IMG/VR virus record: IMGVR_UViG_2864937364_000001
Span: 1,123-65,122 of that record
Strand: one strand, 5' to 3'
Origin: a virus
DNA length: 64,000 nucleotides
Part shown: positions 17,364-27,408 of the stretch, one piece after another
Numbering within the stretch: the first letter of the stretch is position 1
How the letters are laid out: each line of letters begins with the position of its first letter
Position numbers and translations under genes: made by a program
Notes under the pieces: model-generated
The model's database searches: none
What the model saw: only the letters and a program-made list of their open reading frames with translations
Told to the model about the DNA's origin: nothing

Positions 17364-19367
17364 TTATTGGTATCCGAGGGCGCGGATCTGCTTTGCGCGC
17401 TCTTCGCGCGACAGCCCGGTGTTGTTCATGATTTGCTGTACGGCGGGGTTTTCCGCGATGGGCGGGAGTCGGTTGGCGCTGCCATCCGCGCGCGTCTCGC
17501 CCGTGGTGCGGTTGTAGATAACGCCGGGCTGTGTAATGAGCTGCTGCGTCTTTGGATCCACCACCTGGCCGCCAGGCGAATGCGCCCACACGTCCTGCTG
17601 CACCTTGTCGCCCTGCAGCTCGCGGATCTGCTGGGCAATCGCCTTGCGCTCTTCCGGCTTGGCGTTCTCGTAGCGCGTGCGCAGCGCGTCCATGCGCTCG
17701 GCCTCGCGGAGCTTGGGAGCCTGGCCGCGTTCTTCGAGGTCCACGCGGCGTGCGTCGAGCTGGTTCCGTGCGCCGGCACGGGCGCTTTCGCCCTGCTCGC
17801 GGATGGCGGTGCGACCCGTGTCACCTCGCTCGCGCATCGCGGCGATGTCGCGCTGCGTGCTGGCGGTTTGGTCCGCCTGGCGGTTGCTGCTGGCGTCCTT
17901 GCGTTCCGCCTCCAGCAGGCCCGCCATTCCCTGGCGCTGCGAGGCAGTGAGCTGGCCGTTTTGCGCGCCGCGCATCGGCGTCGTCAGCGCATCCACCATT
18001 GCCTTGCGCTCCCGGCCTGCGGCGGGGTCCGTTCCGATCACGCCTGACCAGCCTCCGGTAAAGCTTCCCGGCTCTACAGGGCCAGAGCCAGGCCCGCCGA
18101 CCGCGCCCATACCGCGCGCAGCAACGCGGTTCATTGACTCCTGTTGGGAGCGGCCTGCCAGCGCTTCCGCTGCAGCCATGTTCTGTGCGCTGGGTCTACC
18201 GGTGCTTGCGCCCATTGGCGCCCCATTCACGGTGAATCCAGCGGTGATGTTCTGCCCGGAGTAGCTGTTGCCAATCCTTGTGATGTCGTTGCCCGTAGAC
18301 GCGGCATTCGGCGTATCGGCCGCAGGCAACGAGCCACCTGCAGAGCCTGGACGGGCGGCGGTGCTTTGCGAAGCCCCAGGCAGCACGGGGCCGGAGGGGG
18401 ATCGCTCGGAGACCGAGGTCTGCGGCTGGACCACAGGGGGCGCGGTTGGAACTGCGGCTGGCTTCACCGTCCCGCTAGGCGTGTCAGTGCCAAGAACACC
18501 ACCGATGAGCCGCTGACCAGCACTGATCACTGGAGATACGGTCTTGTCGGCGGCCTCAACACCATACATGCCCAGCCCCTGCACTGCGGTGCGCACCCCG
18601 GTTCCCACAGCACCAGCGACATTGCCCGCCTTCCACTGATCGCCTATCTCCTGTGCACGGTCCGCCATGTAAAGGGCCGAGGGGCCGGGGACTGAAGGCG
18701 GCGAACTTGGGAGGCCCACATTGGCGTAGATGTTGGCGCCTGCGTCCGGGTGATTGCCGGGGAAGATTCCGGGCTCGCGCCGCTTCTTCACGTCCCCGCC
18801 GCCTTCAAAAAACAGTTCAGGCTTCATCCCCTTGGCCGCCTCAGTCGAAGATGGCGTGTGGGTTGCGTCCTTCATCTGATTCAGGGCTTGCACACCAATG
18901 GCGTGCACCTGCTCAGGCGGCAGCTTGAACTCTCCGTTGCTCAGGTTGACCGGCACCTTGTTGGAGCCCAGATTGGCAAGCGCATCCTCGCCGATGGCCT
19001 TGGTCGAGTCGGTGGGCATGATGTAGGTGCCCTCGCGCACCTCGTCCGGGACATCATCTGATGTGCCGGTGCCGGGGCCGCGAACTGGGCCGCCGTCCTT
19101 CAGGCCTGCAGCTTGCTCGCGGCGCCGCAGTGCGCCGCCGCTGCTGTAGTCGGTTACGGCTTTGACGGGCTCCTGCGCCGGGGCCGGTGCTGCTGCGGCG
19201 GCTGCCTTCTCTGCCTCACGTTGGCGCTTGTATTCGGCGATGCGAGCGTTGCGCTCCTCGTCCAGGCCAAACATCCCTTTGAGCTGCTTGACCAACCCGC
19301 CTTCCGCGAAATTTTGGGCGCCCGGCGTCTTATGACGCGGCGCCTCGAATGCCTTCATGCCTCGCAT
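17364..19367 (-). CDS. Putative DNA-transfer/ejection protein
   Basis: 667 aa, Ala/Gly-rich; FAEGGLV and GGPVRGPGTGTSD motifs; directly upstream of giant gene. Confidence 0.65.
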   Translation of the reverse strand: MRGMKAFEAPRHKTPGAQNFAEGGLVKQLKGMFGLDEERNARIAEYKRQREAEKAAAAAAPAPAQEPVKAVTDYSSGGALRRREQAAGLKDGGPVRGPGTGTSDDVPDEVREGTYIMPTDSTKAIGEDALANLGSNKVPVNLSNGEFKLPPEQVHAIGVQALNQMKDATHTPSSTEAAKGMKPELFFEGGGDVKKRREPGIFPGNHPDAGANIYANVGLPSSPPSVPGPSALYMADRAQEIGDQWKAGNVAGAVGTGVRTAVQGLGMYGVEAADKTVSPVISAGQRLIGGVLGTDTPSGTVKPAAVPTAPPVVQPQTSVSERSPSGPVLPGASQSTAARPGSAGGSLPAADTPNAASTGNDITRIGNSYSGQNITAGFTVNGAPMGASTGRPSAQNMAAAEALAGRSQQESMNRVAARGMGAVGGPGSGPVEPGSFTGGWSGVIGTDPAAGRERKAMVDALTTPMRGAQNGQLTASQRQGMAGLLEAERKDASSNRQADQTASTQRDIAAMRERGDTGRTAIREQGESARAGARNQLDARRVDLEERGQAPKLREAERMDALRTRYENAKPEERKAIAQQIRELQGDKVQQDVWAHSPGGQVVDPKTQQLITQPGVIYNRTTGETRADGSANRLPPIAENPAVQQIMNNTGLSREERAKQIRALGYQ

Positions 19368-19396
19368 GGTGCTACCCCTGGTGAATCACTCCCGCG

Positions 19397-19440
19397 ATTC
19401 TTTGGGGGTAGCGCCTATGCGCCAAACACTAGAGCGGCGC
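19397..19440 (-). promoter_or_regulatory. Putative phage late promoter (ejection genes)
   Basis: TAGTGTT at 19425-19431, 22 nt spacer, AAGAAT. Confidence 0.65.
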
Positions 19441-19458
19441 TGACCCTTGCCCGGCTAC

Positions 19459-19911
19459 TCAGCGCGCCCGAGAGGCCGCCTGGGCTTTTTCATACGCATC
19501 GAGAAAGGCGTCAACTTCACTCTTGCCGGCAGCGGGCGCCTGCGCGTCACCTTGCTTGATGGGCGGCTCGCTCACGACAGCAGGAGCCACCCTACCCACC
19601 CCCTGCCACGATCCAGCCACCATAAGAACAATTGCGACCCATGAGGCGACCAGCCAGTTTCTCAGGAAAAGACGCGCCCCAAACAGCTTGGCCGCGCCCG
19701 CCACGCACGCACCAGCCGCCCACGCCAAAAATAGCGCAGCCGCCCACTGTTTCATGCCATCAGGTGTTGGGGCCACGCCCCGATAGGCCATGGCCAGAAG
19801 CGCCATGCCTGCGCCATGCCAGATGGCCGGATTGCTACTCCGTGCGCCGGCATGGTCCATCCCACTCGTTTTGTTCAATATCACCCCCCGAAGTTGTTGA
19901 AAAGTCATCAT
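19459..19911 (-). CDS. Small multi-pass membrane protein (moron-like; start may be ATG 19860)
   Basis: Three hydrophobic segments; soluble tail ending SEVDAFLDAYEKAQAASRAR; AT-rich stretch with TATGAT near its 5' end. Confidence 0.6.
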   Translation of the reverse strand: MMTFQQLRGVILNKTSGMDHAGARSSNPAIWHGAGMALLAMAYRGVAPTPDGMKQWAAALFLAWAAGACVAGAAKLFGARLFLRNWLVASWVAIVLMVAGSWQGVGRVAPAVVSEPPIKQGDAQAPAAGKSEVDAFLDAYEKAQAASRAR

Positions 19912-19930
19912 ACAAAACGGCCTCTGCGCG

Positions 19931-21826
19931 TCAGTAGCTGTAGTTGTGGTTCGTGCTCGTGGTGTTACTGGTGCTGGTGGTCATGCTCTCCGACTGGCTA
20001 CCGGACCCGCTCACGCTCGCCGACACATGCATTGCCGACATCGCGCCCGCCGCAAGCTGCGCGCTGTACTGGCCCATGGCCTTCGCAGCCTCCAGGGCAA
20101 CCTGCGCCTGCTGCACCGCCTTGTTGATGTTGGCCTGGTACTGGCTGATTTGCATCTCGGCGAACGCGATGTTCGTGCGAGCGTTCATGTCCGCGAAGCG
20201 CGATTGCACCTCGGCGGCGGCCACGTTGGCGCTGGCCTTGGCCTTCCAGCCTTCGATGTTCGCCTGATACACCGCCGTCCCGTACTGCATCTCTTTCAGG
20301 GATGCATCCAGCTCGGCCTTGAAGCCGTCCACGTCCGCCAGGTACTTGGTGATGTGGACCCGGGCCGCTTCGAGCTTGAGCTGCGCTCCCTTCACGCGGA
20401 TGTCCGCCTTGTTCGCCAACCCCTGGATGGTGGAGGCATAGGCGCGGGCCTGCGAGTCGAGCATGCCCGCCTTCGCCACCTCGCCCTTGACCTGCGCCTC
20501 GTAGGCGTCGAACTTCACCTTTTCGGCGCCCACTTCCTCGGCGAACGCCTGCACGTCTGCGCGATAGGCGTCGAACTGGTTCTTGATGACATCGGCCCGG
20601 GTCTGGGCGCCGCGCATAAGGGCCGTGAACAGTTCTACCGATGCCTGCACGCCCGCCAGCTTCGCCTTGAACACCTCCACCCGCTGCTGGTTGATCTGGC
20701 CCAGTGCCACCTGGCCATCCACAGCCGTTTTGTAGGCCGTAAGGCGCGCAAGCGCCCCATCGAGCCGGGTGCGGTACACCTGCGCCAGCGTCTGGAATGC
20801 GCTGTTCTGCGCGTTGAAAAGCCCGATCTGCGCATTGAAGACGTTGATCTGGCTCTCTGCCTGGAAGCGCGCCACCTCGAACATGCGCTTGGCAGCGTTC
20901 TCGAAGATGTTGGCGGTGAGCTGCTCCAGCGCCATGCCCTGCTGCACGGCGAATCGGATGTTCTCGATTTCCCACTTCGCGGCCTCGATCAAGATGTCGC
21001 GATTCGTCTCGGCCGCCTTCAGCCGGCCCTGCTCCCGCACCACGGATACCGACTTGGCGAGCATGCCGGGTGGCATGGAGAAGTTGCGGCCAGCCCAGGT
21101 ATCCACCGCCTCCTGCACGGCGCGCGCCGTCTCGCTGCTGTCACGCTCCCGCGCGCGGGCAAACAGCGCATCCTCAATGGCTGGGGGCAGGCCGGTACCG
21201 CCCGCCATCATCGTCTTGATGCGTGCCAACAGGTCGTCGTAGATTTCCGATGCGTACTTGGGCTCGGCCCAGTTGATGAACACATTGGGCACCGTGATGT
21301 GACTGGCACTCGGCGGCACACCGTCGAAGTCGGGCAGCGTGGGGAATACGAAATCAGGAATGCTCAGCTTCTCCAGGCCCTCCATTTCCGGCACGGTCAG
21401 CGTCGGCGTCGCAGGCAGCTCCACCGAAGTGTCGATGTTCGGGCGCACAGGGGGAGGGATCACGCGCATGCTTGGCGCGTCGGGCAGCGTCAGCGAAATG
21501 GCGGCGGGAGCGGGCGGAAGTTCGTCCATGTCGCCCACATCCAGCGCGGCCAGCAGACTGGAAATGTCGGGCTCGGCGGGGGCAATGGGGCGTCGAAGTG
21601 CACCAGGGGAGTAGGTTGGCGCGGTTCCCAGGTTCATGGGCGGCAGCGGGACCGCTGGCGCGTTCATGATCTGGGGTGTGGCCACGTCGCCCACCTTGAT
21701 GTTTCCCATCGCCGACAGCGCGGCCGACAGGGCAGCGCCGTACTTCGCGGCCGCCAGGTCCAGGGAATTGATTTTGTTGCTGACGAACTCGATAGCTGCG
21801 CCCATGGCGTGGGTCTGTTCTGCCAT
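19931..21826 (-). CDS. Coiled-coil virion/internal protein
   Basis: Start MAEQTHAM after AAGGAG; Pro-rich N-terminal half, long Ala/Gln helical C-terminal half. Confidence 0.7.
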   Translation of the reverse strand: MAEQTHAMGAAIEFVSNKINSLDLAAAKYGAALSAALSAMGNIKVGDVATPQIMNAPAVPLPPMNLGTAPTYSPGALRRPIAPAEPDISSLLAALDVGDMDELPPAPAAISLTLPDAPSMRVIPPPVRPNIDTSVELPATPTLTVPEMEGLEKLSIPDFVFPTLPDFDGVPPSASHITVPNVFINWAEPKYASEIYDDLLARIKTMMAGGTGLPPAIEDALFARARERDSSETARAVQEAVDTWAGRNFSMPPGMLAKSVSVVREQGRLKAAETNRDILIEAAKWEIENIRFAVQQGMALEQLTANIFENAAKRMFEVARFQAESQINVFNAQIGLFNAQNSAFQTLAQVYRTRLDGALARLTAYKTAVDGQVALGQINQQRVEVFKAKLAGVQASVELFTALMRGAQTRADVIKNQFDAYRADVQAFAEEVGAEKVKFDAYEAQVKGEVAKAGMLDSQARAYASTIQGLANKADIRVKGAQLKLEAARVHITKYLADVDGFKAELDASLKEMQYGTAVYQANIEGWKAKASANVAAAEVQSRFADMNARTNIAFAEMQISQYQANINKAVQQAQVALEAAKAMGQYSAQLAAGAMSAMHVSASVSGSGSQSESMTTSTSNTTSTNHNYSY

Positions 21827-22983
21827 CACATGCTCCTTTTGCTGGGCGCCACAGTGAGGCGCAGATCGTTGATGTGGGCGCGCTTGCCGTGCAGGCCGAG
21901 CGCGAAGGTGAAGTGCCGGCCCTTCAGGCCGCGCCCCAGTTGGAACCGGGTATTGGTCCGCTCCAGCGCCTGGCGTGCGTCCGGCTGGTAGGTGTAGGTT
22001 TCGGGGGCCGCGCCGTTTTGCGTTTCGGTCACGTCGAGCGTCGCCAGGCCGTCCAGCTCGTATTCCATGGGCGCCTCCACCAGGCGGACCAGCGTTCCCC
22101 TGGTCACATCCAGCTTGCCGGTGCGCAGCACAGCTGCCATGTCCTCCTGCTCGCCATCCAGCGCGAAAACCCCGCCCTCCCCTGCCGCGTACACCACCCC
22201 GTCGATCACGGCCAGCGAGGTGAACGTGAAGGGCGCATACCGGCTCATCGGCCAGGTGCCGGTGTTGCACGTCCACGCCTGGCCGAACGCGCCCGACTGC
22301 ATGGGCAGGCCATCGGCCATCGCCGCGTCGCCCACGAGGTCTGCGGCGCGCAGCACTCCGAACGGGGCGCCCGTAGCCGTGGCACCGTCCGACAGGAAAG
22401 CGGCAGCGGCCTGGCGTGCGTCGAAAACGGCATCCGCGAGGGCAGCAGAGTCCACCGATACCAGGCGCCCCTTCGCACGCCCACCAGCCCAGTCGGCCGC
22501 CAGCGCGGCGTCCACCACCAGGCTGCGTGCCACGCTGAGCACCCGGTCGCTCGCACGCGCCTGGTCACCGCGCGAGTCGGCCGCTCGGCGCTGGTGCAGC
22601 ACGGAATCGGAGACGGGGACCGCCTCCCTCACGATGTCGCGCAGGCCCTGCCCAACAAAGTCCGTAACCTGCGCCGCATCCGCAATCACATGCAGCACCC
22701 GGTCCAGCAAGGCATCCCCGGCGCGCGCGGTATCGATAACGCGCGTGCGAATGAGTGCATGGTCGGATGCCAGGTCGGAGCTGGCCGCCCCGTCCTCCAT
22801 TACATGCAGGGTCCGATCGATCACCGCATCGCTGGCGACGGCGGTGCCGGCATGCAGCACGAACAGGGCCGACACGATCACGCTCGATGCGCGTGCCGTG
22901 CCCTCCACGATGGCGCGCAGCCCCAGCCAAGTGGAGCTTCCGGCGACGGCGGTATCGTTGGAATCGTCGCGGTAACTAGCCAT
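21826..22983 (-). CDS. Hypothetical virion structural protein
   Basis: 385 aa; repeated D-x-A-x-A-x-D pattern; coupled to neighbours in late operon. Confidence 0.65.
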   Translation of the reverse strand: MASYRDDSNDTAVAGSSTWLGLRAIVEGTARASSVIVSALFVLHAGTAVASDAVIDRTLHVMEDGAASSDLASDHALIRTRVIDTARAGDALLDRVLHVIADAAQVTDFVGQGLRDIVREAVPVSDSVLHQRRAADSRGDQARASDRVLSVARSLVVDAALAADWAGGRAKGRLVSVDSAALADAVFDARQAAAAFLSDGATATGAPFGVLRAADLVGDAAMADGLPMQSGAFGQAWTCNTGTWPMSRYAPFTFTSLAVIDGVVYAAGEGGVFALDGEQEDMAAVLRTGKLDVTRGTLVRLVEAPMEYELDGLATLDVTETQNGAAPETYTYQPDARQALERTNTRFQLGRGLKGRHFTFALGLHGKRAHINDLRLTVAPSKRSM

Positions 22984-25567
22984 GGATCACTCCAATGAAA
23001 TGGTGGGCCGCCTTGTGGTCGGCCAGCCCAGAAAAGCCAAACCGTTTGCGCTGCTTGGGCGCCTCGGGGTCGGGTTCGGATGTGTTGGCATATGTCGCAT
23101 CGCCCGCCACGTTGCGGATGGCATCGACGTAGAACGCCACTCCGTCGAGGGGCGACACGGTGAAATACCCCTCAGAGGGGTCTTTGTGGACTTCCTGGGG
23201 AAATTCGAGGACAGAGATTTGCAGCAGGGCCTCCTTTTTGGCCTCTTCGGTCTTGTCTCTGCTGTATTCCTTGACCTTCGGCGGGCCGCCCCCACCGCTG
23301 TGCTGCCACTCGCTGCGGACCGGGTGAACCAGCCAGGTGTAGTCCTGCGGAAGCCCGCCAATCCAGTCGCCCTGGTCTGCGAAGTCGCTACACGGATAGG
23401 GGCCGTAGCTGTAGCCCGTCACCCACACCGGATTGCCGTGAATCGGATACGGGGACACCTTCTCGATTGAAGTGATGTTTCCGCCGTGCAGTCCCCCCAC
23501 CCAGGCCCATACAAAATCGTAGGTGAAGTAGCGGTAGGTGTTTGGATCGCTGATCGCGTACACCCCCAAACTCTCCGTCACCCTTGCGCCCGAAGTCGAT
23601 TGCTTGTGCGCGTAGAGCAGCGCGTTGCGCGTCAAATAGGGAATGCACACCGCAACCGACTTGCTGAACCCTTCGGTCGTAGATTCCTTGACCTTGTGCT
23701 GGAAGTACCGGTTGCGCCAGATGCTTCCGCACATTGCGAAGACGTGATCGAACGAGAAATTGGGCTTGGTGTCGTAACTCAGGTCCGTGCCAACGGTCTG
23801 CGTCACGGTGGTGACCGGGGCGGCGGCCTCCAGCTCGTCGAAATCACTGGTGTAGAAGTGACCCCACAGCGTGGTACTGCCGGTCGTGACCGTCTGCTCC
23901 CACGAGCCGACGATCATGCATTCCTCGTAGTTGTTCTCCACGTCGCGCGAGTAGCCGCGTGGGTCGTAGAAGTAGTTGGCCGCCTTGACCTGATCGCCCA
24001 CGTAGTAGACGAACATAGTCGTGTTGCAGCGCACGACTCCCGGCGCCGGATGGTTTTCCAGGCGGCCGAAGTCATGCGACACGCACCCATCCATGAACGG
24101 CTCGGGAAACTTGATCTGCGGCTGCGACCGGGGACGCGCAGGGTGATAGAGCCAGCCCCGTCCCACTTCAGCGATGTTCCCGCCGTGCGCGGCGATGGGT
24201 TTTGCTTCGAGGTTGTCCCAGTGGTCCACCTCGCCAGGCCCGCTGTTGTTCACGCGCGCGAGCACCTCGGACACCGGCACGCGGCGCAGCTTGTACTTGA
24301 TCGCCAGCTCGCGGGGCGTGTTGCCAGGCAACTGCTCATACAGCATCGACATGTAGCGGTTGAGCCGCTGCATCTCTTGCGGGTCACTCACATTGAAGCT
24401 GTCAGGCAGCTTCCCATCGTTCTCGGCCACGGCCAGACCCAGCCGCAGCTTGAACGTCAGCCCGAAGCCGATCCCGCCCTCGTCGTAGTCGTAGCAGGTG
24501 TTGTAGCCCTCTGTGCCCCAAGAATTGAAAGACCACCCAATGGCGGATGTGTAGGCCAGGTGGTTGTAGAAGTCCCCCGCATCGCACACCTTGATGATGA
24601 CCCCGGCACGGCGCCAGCTCTCAAAATCGCTGGATTTGAGGGGGAAGTTCTCGCCCGATGGCATACCGCCGAAGCGGTCCAAGATCCAAAGGACTTCCTC
24701 GTCGCCCACCTCGGTCATGTACTCGCGAAAAGCCCTGGTCGAAGTCGCCGGGATGATGGGCAGCGGCATCGCATACACACCCCGCGTGCTAACGCGCAGC
24801 AGCCAGGGCTTGCCCCGGCCATCGAAGCCCACGCCGTTGGTTTCGTTGTGCTTGTAGTCGTACTGGAACTCGCCAGACTTCGGCGGCAGGCCCAGGTAGC
24901 CAGGCAGGCGGGTGTTTCCCAGCTCCAATTCGATCTTGCGCGTCACGCTGGCAGGCAGCACCAGGCGCGCGCGCTCTATCTTGTTGTCGGGCAGCTCTTT
25001 CAGTGCCTGGCGGCCGTAGCCGCCCACCACCTGCATCACCTGCGCCATTGCACCGGAATACCACGTAGGCCGCTGGTTGGCGTACTGCGTCCAAGTCGCG
25101 GAAGTCGGCTTTTTCGGGCGCAGCTCGGACACCCGCCCGTTGTGCTCGATGACGAACCGCTGCAGGCTCACATCGGATGGCGGCTGCGCGGCTTCTGTAT
25201 CGTAGGAAACCAGGCGCCGCCGCGTGGTGCTGGTCAGCTTGATGCGCACACCCTCGCCGCCACGGATGATCCCGTTGGAGATGGAGCCCGAGAACAGCAT
25301 GGGGATGTAGGACTTGGCCATCCCGTCCGTCTCGATGTCGGGGCGGTCAGGTTCCTTGCGCTGCTGGATGATGACGCGCAGCACCCCGCCCATGTCCACG
25401 GCAATGGCCATGGCCCCGCTGGGCAGGGTGCGTGTCAACTTGAGGCTGTCCAGGCCTGAGCTGGCTTTGAAGTTGGTCAGGCGGCGGGCCAACAGCTCGG
25501 CCGCCGCCGCATCTTCTTCCGTTGCCGCCTCAGTCCCGAACGAGCCATGGGGCCGGGGCTGGTGCAC
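22976..25567 (-). CDS. Hypothetical virion/tail protein (863 aa)
   Basis: Long ORF with native codon bias; tightly packed in late operon. Confidence 0.7.
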   Translation of the reverse strand: MHQPRPHGSFGTEAATEEDAAAAELLARRLTNFKASSGLDSLKLTRTLPSGAMAIAVDMGGVLRVIIQQRKEPDRPDIETDGMAKSYIPMLFSGSISNGIIRGGEGVRIKLTSTTRRRLVSYDTEAAQPPSDVSLQRFVIEHNGRVSELRPKKPTSATWTQYANQRPTWYSGAMAQVMQVVGGYGRQALKELPDNKIERARLVLPASVTRKIELELGNTRLPGYLGLPPKSGEFQYDYKHNETNGVGFDGRGKPWLLRVSTRGVYAMPLPIIPATSTRAFREYMTEVGDEEVLWILDRFGGMPSGENFPLKSSDFESWRRAGVIIKVCDAGDFYNHLAYTSAIGWSFNSWGTEGYNTCYDYDEGGIGFGLTFKLRLGLAVAENDGKLPDSFNVSDPQEMQRLNRYMSMLYEQLPGNTPRELAIKYKLRRVPVSEVLARVNNSGPGEVDHWDNLEAKPIAAHGGNIAEVGRGWLYHPARPRSQPQIKFPEPFMDGCVSHDFGRLENHPAPGVVRCNTTMFVYYVGDQVKAANYFYDPRGYSRDVENNYEECMIVGSWEQTVTTGSTTLWGHFYTSDFDELEAAAPVTTVTQTVGTDLSYDTKPNFSFDHVFAMCGSIWRNRYFQHKVKESTTEGFSKSVAVCIPYLTRNALLYAHKQSTSGARVTESLGVYAISDPNTYRYFTYDFVWAWVGGLHGGNITSIEKVSPYPIHGNPVWVTGYSYGPYPCSDFADQGDWIGGLPQDYTWLVHPVRSEWQHSGGGGPPKVKEYSRDKTEEAKKEALLQISVLEFPQEVHKDPSEGYFTVSPLDGVAFYVDAIRNVAGDATYANTSEPDPEAPKQRKRFGFSGLADHKAAHHFIGVIHG

Positions 25568-25570
25568 CGA

Positions 25571-26149
25571 TTACACCGTCAGGTTGATACGGTAGCCCAG
25601 CTCGTAAATGTCGCCGTTCTGGAACACGCGGGGCGCGGCGTAGAGGGATGCCGACACTAAAGCGCCCGTGGTGCCCCCGCGCGCGCTGCTGGTCAACATG
25701 GCTGCGCCCGTCACGTTGAGCTGGGAGGCCGTCGCGATGGTCAGGGACGCCACGGCGGCCATGTTGTCGATGCTGCCCGTGGTGGTGTTCGCCGGGGTCC
25801 ACACCGGGCGCGTAGCCGCCGTGTAGCCCTCGGTCTGGCTGACGATTTCGCTTGCGACGGCGGCGAAGGACGCGGCCGACCAGTTCGGGGCCGGCGCGGT
25901 CGCACCGGAGAACAGCGCCAGGTAGTGGCCTGCCGGCTTGGCGGTTGTGCCCAGGGCCACGTTCAGGATGTGCGCCAGGCCCTCAATGGGAATCAGGTTG
26001 TCACCTTCCTTGTCCCAAGCGCCGCCGTTGACGCGGCCAAAGTATTCGCCATTGGCCAGGACACCCTGGCGGGGAAAGAAGATGCCTTTGGGAATGACAT
26101 CGAAGCGCTCGGCGCGGATTTCGGCTGCAAGTTCTTGACGCAGGTTCAT
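25571..26149 (-). CDS. Putative tail protein
   Basis: Start MNLRQEL after AAGGAG; NLIPIEGLAHILNV, YLALF and GYTAATRP motifs typical of tail-associated proteins. Confidence 0.65.
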   Translation of the reverse strand: MNLRQELAAEIRAERFDVIPKGIFFPRQGVLANGEYFGRVNGGAWDKEGDNLIPIEGLAHILNVALGTTAKPAGHYLALFSGATAPAPNWSAASFAAVASEIVSQTEGYTAATRPVWTPANTTTGSIDNMAAVASLTIATASQLNVTGAAMLTSSARGGTTGALVSASLYAAPRVFQNGDIYELGYRINLTV

Positions 26150-26220
26150 AGGGTGCTCCTTGGAGATGTTCCAAGGCGCACTCCTGCGCGCCAAAACTGC
26201 CCCCGCGGGGGCACGAATGT

Positions 26221-27408
26221 TCAGATTACGGCAGTCAGCAGGCGCTCGCCAAACACTACAGTGGCGCCGGCCGCCGCTCGCACGCCCTTCATGACCTTCG
26301 CCATAGGCTCTACCACCATGCCGCCAGAAGTGCCGACCACGTAGCCATTCTCAGCAAGCCACACCGCGCAATCGCCGCCGCCCGCCGCAAGCTCGCCCAT
26401 CAATTCGGCCTTGACCTTGATGGCGCTGCCAGGCACGGGCGGCCTGGTCGCCTTCACCTGCAGCTCCAGCGTATCGGGCGACGTGCCTTGCAGAAACGCA
26501 ACGTGATCCACCTGCCCCACCCAGATGCCGGCGTCCACGGGCTGCACAAAAGTGATGCGCTGGGGCATCTGCACGAAGCCGTGGCGCTGGTCGTGGACGT
26601 GGTAGGCCAGCGCTTCAGAAAAGCGCAGCACATTGGTGCGAGCGGTCAGCAGTCGGCCGCGCCAGTAGGCCAGGTACAGCCCGGTGGGCATGGCGTCCAT
26701 GCGCCAGAACTGGGGCGGGCCGCCCAGTTTGGGCAGCAGAGGCACGGCCACCGCAGACAGCCCGATAGGGTAATCCTCGCCGCGCGCCAGCTCGCCGCCG
26801 TTCTGCCTGGTGAAGTAGAGCCGGGCGTGTGTCACGGTAGGGTCCATGCACATCGGCAGGATCACGTCCAGGCCACCGCCCCCCTGCAGTGCGCTGTGGC
26901 TGATTGCGGAGGGAGGCGATTCCATGCCGTCTCGCAGCCATGAGACGGCCACGCCATAGGAGCCAGGCTCCAGCGAACCCACGCCAGCCGTCACCATCGG
27001 GGGCGGCGGCGCGTCGATGGTGAGACGCACTGCCTGCACGCCTCCAAACGAAAAAATTCCCGCAGGCCCCGCCGCGACCGCCGCATTGTTCAAGACCATG
27101 TGCGACACCGCGCCCTCGCCGATGGTCGCCAGCGCATGCGTGCTCCAGTCGGCAGGGTTCACCTTGACCCACTGGTCCCCCAGGGTGGCGAAAACATCCC
27201 CGTGCAAAGGGCTCTGCCACAGATGTCCCAGCCTGGCGCTGGTGACGTTCCGCAGGCCGCCGCGCAGGCTGGGCTTGCCGTTGCGCGAAATGTCCACATT
27301 CACAGCCTCGCGCAGAAAGATCCGCGGTGCGTCGCCACGCACCTGCAGCGCCTCGTCGTCCCCCACGTTGTTGATGCCCGCCATGGGCAGAAGACTCACG
27401 TTGTTCAT
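26221..27408 (-). CDS. Putative tail tubular/stabilisation-type protein
   Basis: 395 aa, beta-rich; GINN...REAVNVDI N-terminus and YWRGRLL...LRFSE. Confidence 0.6.
   Translation of the reverse strand: MNNVSLLPMAGINNVGDDEALQVRGDAPRIFLREAVNVDISRNGKPSLRGGLRNVTSARLGHLWQSPLHGDVFATLGDQWVKVNPADWSTHALATIGEGAVSHMVLNNAAVAAGPAGIFSFGGVQAVRLTIDAPPPPMVTAGVGSLEPGSYGVAVSWLRDGMESPPSAISHSALQGGGGLDVILPMCMDPTVTHARLYFTRQNGGELARGEDYPIGLSAVAVPLLPKLGGPPQFWRMDAMPTGLYLAYWRGRLLTARTNVLRFSEALAYHVHDQRHGFVQMPQRITFVQPVDAGIWVGQVDHVAFLQGTSPDTLELQVKATRPPVPGSAIKVKAELMGELAAGGGDCAVWLAENGYVVGTSGGMVVEPMAKVMKGVRAAAGATVVFGERLLTAVI
26225..26268 (-). promoter_or_regulatory. Putative phage late promoter (inside 3' end of upstream gene)
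   Basis: TAGTGTT at 26252-26258, 21 nt spacer, CGTAAT. Confidence 0.5.

Noticed and set aside
17356..17589. N-terminal extension of the giant ORF in the track (4,459 aa)
   Set aside because: Overlaps the upstream gene; ATG 17355 has an SD and follows the upstream stop.
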